DNA from: Negativicutes bacterium
GTDB lineage: Bacteria; Bacillota; Negativicutes; UBA1444
DNA length: 64,000 nucleotides
Direction: 5' to 3'
Assembly (NCBI GenBank): GCA_963665275.2
Contig: CAXXIN010000003.1
Coordinates: 96,001-160,000 of the forward strand
A program made the translations under genes and the position numbers. Of this stretch, positions 61,300 to 64,000 are shown in pieces (within the stretch, counting starts at the first letter, position 1; each line of letters starts with the position of its first letter). Below the pieces are notes generated by a model that was given only the letters and a program-made list of their open reading frames with translations, did no database searches and had not been told where the DNA came from.

Positions 61300-61367
61300 T
61301 TGTTGAGCCTTGATTTTAAATGTTATAATGCCTTCATAAGCGCATTGTGCAAGGCGGAGGGGAAAAA

Positions 61368-62255
61368 ATGGCATCCACACTCGACAAAATCAAAAACAAA
61401 AACGATTTTATCCTCCACATCCAGTCCCACCAGGAAGGTTACACCGCCGTTTACCGAAAATTAGCCACTTTTCTCGTCAACAACTTCGTCGGTGTAGCCT
61501 TCATGAGAGCCCAGCAATGGGCCGCCGAGGTGGATACCTCCGAAGTCTCCGTTATCCGTTTTGTGCGTTTTCTCGGCTACAAAGGATACCCGGACTTTTG
61601 CGAAAAACTGCAACAAGTCATCCGCCATGAAATGACCATGACGGATTACGTTGAACTGGCAACCAAAAAGCCCCGCAAGGGGACCACCATCCTGATGGAT
61701 ACCATCAAGGCGGAGGAACGCAATTTCAACGAACTCATCAGCAAGTATTCCCCTGCCACCATGAACAGCGTTGTCAATTTACTGGGCAAGACCGAAAAAG
61801 TCGCCGTCGTAGGTCTGCGTTCATCCACCGCGCTCGCCGATTACTGCAGCTACATGTTTGGTCGCGCCTTATCCAAGGAAGTCATTACCGTCGGGCAAGG
61901 CGGAGTATACACCTTTGACGCTTTCCTGCCCTGGGCGGACAAGGAAGCCGTCGTCATCGCTTTTGCCTATCCCCGCTATCCGCTGCGCACACTGGAAATT
62001 GTCGAATATCTAAAAGCTCTCCACTGGCCGATCGTGGCCATTACCAACAACGAACTTTCCCCGCTCGTTCCCCTGGCCGACCACATCATTTACGCTCCTT
62101 CCCATTCGGTCGATTTCACCGATTCCATGGGCGCCGCTTCAGTCATTATCAACACCATCGTGATGGAATACGTCAATAAATTCCGCGACCAGTCCATCGA
62201 CCGTATCAAGCGATTCGAGGCTCTGGCCAAAGAAAAGAAATACTACTGGGTATAG
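61368..62255 (+). CDS. MurR/RpiR-family regulator
   Basis: SEVSVIRFVRFLGYKGYPDF HTH; SIS domain (VGLRSS, YPRY, AITNNELSPL). Confidence 0.9.
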   Translation: MASTLDKIKNKNDFILHIQSHQEGYTAVYRKLATFLVNNFVGVAFMRAQQWAAEVDTSEVSVIRFVRFLGYKGYPDFCEKLQQVIRHEMTMTDYVELATKKPRKGTTILMDTIKAEERNFNELISKYSPATMNSVVNLLGKTEKVAVVGLRSSTALADYCSYMFGRALSKEVITVGQGGVYTFDAFLPWADKEAVVIAFAYPRYPLRTLEIVEYLKALHWPIVAITNNELSPLVPLADHIIYAPSHSVDFTDSMGAASVIINTIVMEYVNKFRDQSIDRIKRFEALAKEKKYYWV

Positions 62256-62301
62256 AAAAACACTCGCGCAGGAATCTGATTCCGGCGCGAGTGTTTTTTT
62301 T
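62256..62301. terminator. Bidirectional terminator
   Basis: AAAAACACTCGCGC / GCGCGAGTGTTTTT between convergent genes. Confidence 0.8.
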
Positions 62302-62323
62302 GCGAGAAATTCATAAGTAGGTG

Positions 62324-63589
62324 CTACTGAGCTGATCCACCTTCGAAGCAATCGAGAGTCGCAAAATAATCAGCCATCGTTTCGGCCCGGCGAATCATTT
62401 CCACTTTTCCATTCGGCTTGAGCAGCAATTCCGCCGAACGCAGTTTGCCATTGTAGTTGAAACCCATGGAAAAACCGTGAGCCCCGGTATCGTGAATGAC
62501 AATCGTATCGCCAATATCGATGGCCGGGAGCTGGCGGTCGATGGCGAATTTATCGTTGTTCTCGCACAATCCGCCTGTCACATCGTAAACATGATCCAAG
62601 GGCAGCGATTCCTTACCGATTACGGTAATATGATGATAAGAACCATACAACGCCGGCCGCATCAAGTTGGTCATGCAAGCGTCAAGCCCGACATAATTTT
62701 TGTGAATCTCTTTTTTATGCAAAACAGTCGTCACCAGGTACCCATAAGGGCCGGTAATCATCCGTCCGCATTCCATGGCGATCTTTAGCGGTTGCAGCTG
62801 GTTGCCGATGATTTTTTCTTCATAGGCCTTTTTGATTCCCGCCCCGACATACGACAAGTCCACCGGCTGCTCCTCCGGTTTGTAGGGAATGCCGATGCCG
62901 CCACCGAAATTGACAAACTCCATATCAATCCCGAGCTCCTGATGAAGTTCCAGAATGAGGTCGAACATCATGTCGGCTGTTGCGATAAAACTGTCGGGGT
63001 TAAGTTCGTTGGAAATAACCATCGTGTGAATGCCGAAACGCTTAATTCCTTTTTCTCTCATAATGCGGTAAGCCTGGAAAATTTGCGTTTTTGTCAACCC
63101 ATACTTCGCCTCTGACGGATAGCCGATGATGTCATTGCCGCTGCCAAGCAAAGGGCCCGGGTTGTAGCGGAAAGAAATAACTTCGGGCAATCCGGCATGC
63201 TGCTCCAGGAACGCAATATGGCTGATATCGTCGAGGTTGATGATCGCCCCCATTTCCCGAGCTTTTTCAAACTCACCTGCCGGGGTGTCGTTAGAAGTGA
63301 ACATGATGTCTTCGCCGGAAATGCCGGCCATTTCAGCCAATACAAGCTCAGGCAGCGAGCTGCAATCGGCGCCGAAACCCTCTTCGCGAAGAATCTTCAA
63401 GATCGTAGGATTGGGCGTAGCTTTGACGGCGAAATATTCTTTGAAATGCGGCGCCCACGCGAAAGCCGCAACAAACCTACGCGCGTTATTTCGGATTGCG
63501 GCTTCGTCGTAGATGTGAAAAGGAGTCGGATATTGCTGGACAATTTTCTCCAGCGCCTCTCGGGTGAAGGGGATCTTTTTTTCTGCCAT
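62324..63589 (-). CDS. lysA: Diaminopimelate decarboxylase
   Basis: YFAVKA, DCSS, NFGGG, ECGR, RPALY, LCENND, GFNYN; preceded by a lysine riboswitch. Confidence 0.92.
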   Translation of the reverse strand: MAEKKIPFTREALEKIVQQYPTPFHIYDEAAIRNNARRFVAAFAWAPHFKEYFAVKATPNPTILKILREEGFGADCSSLPELVLAEMAGISGEDIMFTSNDTPAGEFEKAREMGAIINLDDISHIAFLEQHAGLPEVISFRYNPGPLLGSGNDIIGYPSEAKYGLTKTQIFQAYRIMREKGIKRFGIHTMVISNELNPDSFIATADMMFDLILELHQELGIDMEFVNFGGGIGIPYKPEEQPVDLSYVGAGIKKAYEEKIIGNQLQPLKIAMECGRMITGPYGYLVTTVLHKKEIHKNYVGLDACMTNLMRPALYGSYHHITVIGKESLPLDHVYDVTGGLCENNDKFAIDRQLPAIDIGDTIVIHDTGAHGFSMGFNYNGKLRSAELLLKPNGKVEMIRRAETMADYFATLDCFEGGSAQ

Positions 63590-63625
63590 TGTGTGTTCCT
63601 CCGATATCAAAATGAATTTTGCGCG

Positions 63626-63661
63626 AAAAGAAAGCGGTTCACGAACTAACTCGCAAACCGC
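63626..63661 (-). terminator. Riboswitch-controlled terminator
   Basis: GCGGTTTGCGAG / TTCGTGAACCGC followed by TTTCTTTT. Confidence 0.7.
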
Positions 63662-63690
63662 TACCATGAGCATTATGATGCCCCGCAGTG

Positions 63691-63857
63691 CAAGATAGTT
63701 CTCCATACGGTTGCCGTATGACAGTTTTGCATTTATTCAATACAAAACCAGCATGGATTTCGGCCAGAAACCCATCCTTCGGCGGTTAATCCTTTCTGTA
63801 CCTGTCATCGTTGGCAACTCTGGGTACATACTCTTAGTAAGCCGCGCCCCTATCTGA
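63691..63857 (-). ncRNA. Lysine (L-box) riboswitch
   Basis: Minus strand CAGATAGGGGCGCG...AAGAGTA...GAAAGG...CGCCGAA...TGAATA...ACTGTCA...GGAGAACTATCTTG; P1 GATAG/CTATC. Confidence 0.9.
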
Positions 63858-63879
63858 TCCATATAATGTTGTTGTTAAA

Positions 63880-63908
63880 ATAGTAAGCCATCACGCCCAG
63901 ACTGTCAA
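63880..63908 (-). promoter_or_regulatory. SigA promoter of the lysA leader
   Basis: TTGACA-N17-TACTAT. Confidence 0.75.
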
Positions 63909-63926
63909 CCCAATTTTGCTCCCGGC

Positions 63927-64000
63927 TTACCTGCTTTCCAGTGAAAACTGCCTCACGAACCAACGAACGTACCAGTGCATCATCCACGGAATAGGAATAA
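63927..64000 (-). CDS. 3' end of an upstream gene (hypothetical)
   Basis: Open frame IPIPWMMHWYVRWFVRQFSLESR* entering from the window edge. Confidence 0.35.
   Translation of the reverse strand, partial: IPIPWMMHWYVRWFVRQFSLESR

Noticed and set aside
63866-63886. TGTTGTTGTTAAAATAG as a third RpiR operator
   Set aside because: Only the left half matches and it is not palindromic.
1-64000. CRISPR arrays, tRNA/rRNA, prophage structural genes, known defence systems
   Set aside because: None recognised on either strand by eye; tRNAscan, CRISPR finders and DefenseFinder were not run.

Overview
Chromosomal window from an anaerobic Firmicute; the gene complement and style suggest Negativicutes/Sporomusaceae (inference). 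From left to right it holds: the start of a Cys/Met PLP enzyme; a chemoreceptor (MCP) controlled by a c-di-GMP-I riboswitch and split by an intact IS256 (8-bp TSD); a radical SAM-TorD-DmsABC operon; a FadR-regulated operon for a TRAP transporter, Zn-dehydrogenase, split transketolase and GarR; serS; a 2-oxoacid:ferredoxin oxidoreductase; and small housekeeping or accessory genes including an orphan phage-type DUF5664. Next come an AT-rich MBOAT/SGNH islet beside an IS30 and a 7-kb zone of frameshifted genes, one carrying a 74-bp IS3 transposase fragment. These are followed by a pair of unassigned, apparently related secreted proteins and a peptide ABC transporter with a divergent alanine-dehydrogenase-family enzyme. 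The window ends with a sigma54-driven lysine fermentation cluster (kdd, kamB, bEBP, kamDE, kal, kce, kamA, PhzF-like), an RpiR regulator and lysA under a lysine riboswitch. No rRNA, tRNA or CRISPR array was seen. The best candidates for novel biology are the secreted protein pair (41.7-44.5 kb), the kinase-free transketolase/GarR sugar-acid pathway, the radical SAM gene heading the Dms operon, and the AlaDH-like/ABC module next to lysine fermentation. All product calls come from motif recognition by eye; no database searches were run.
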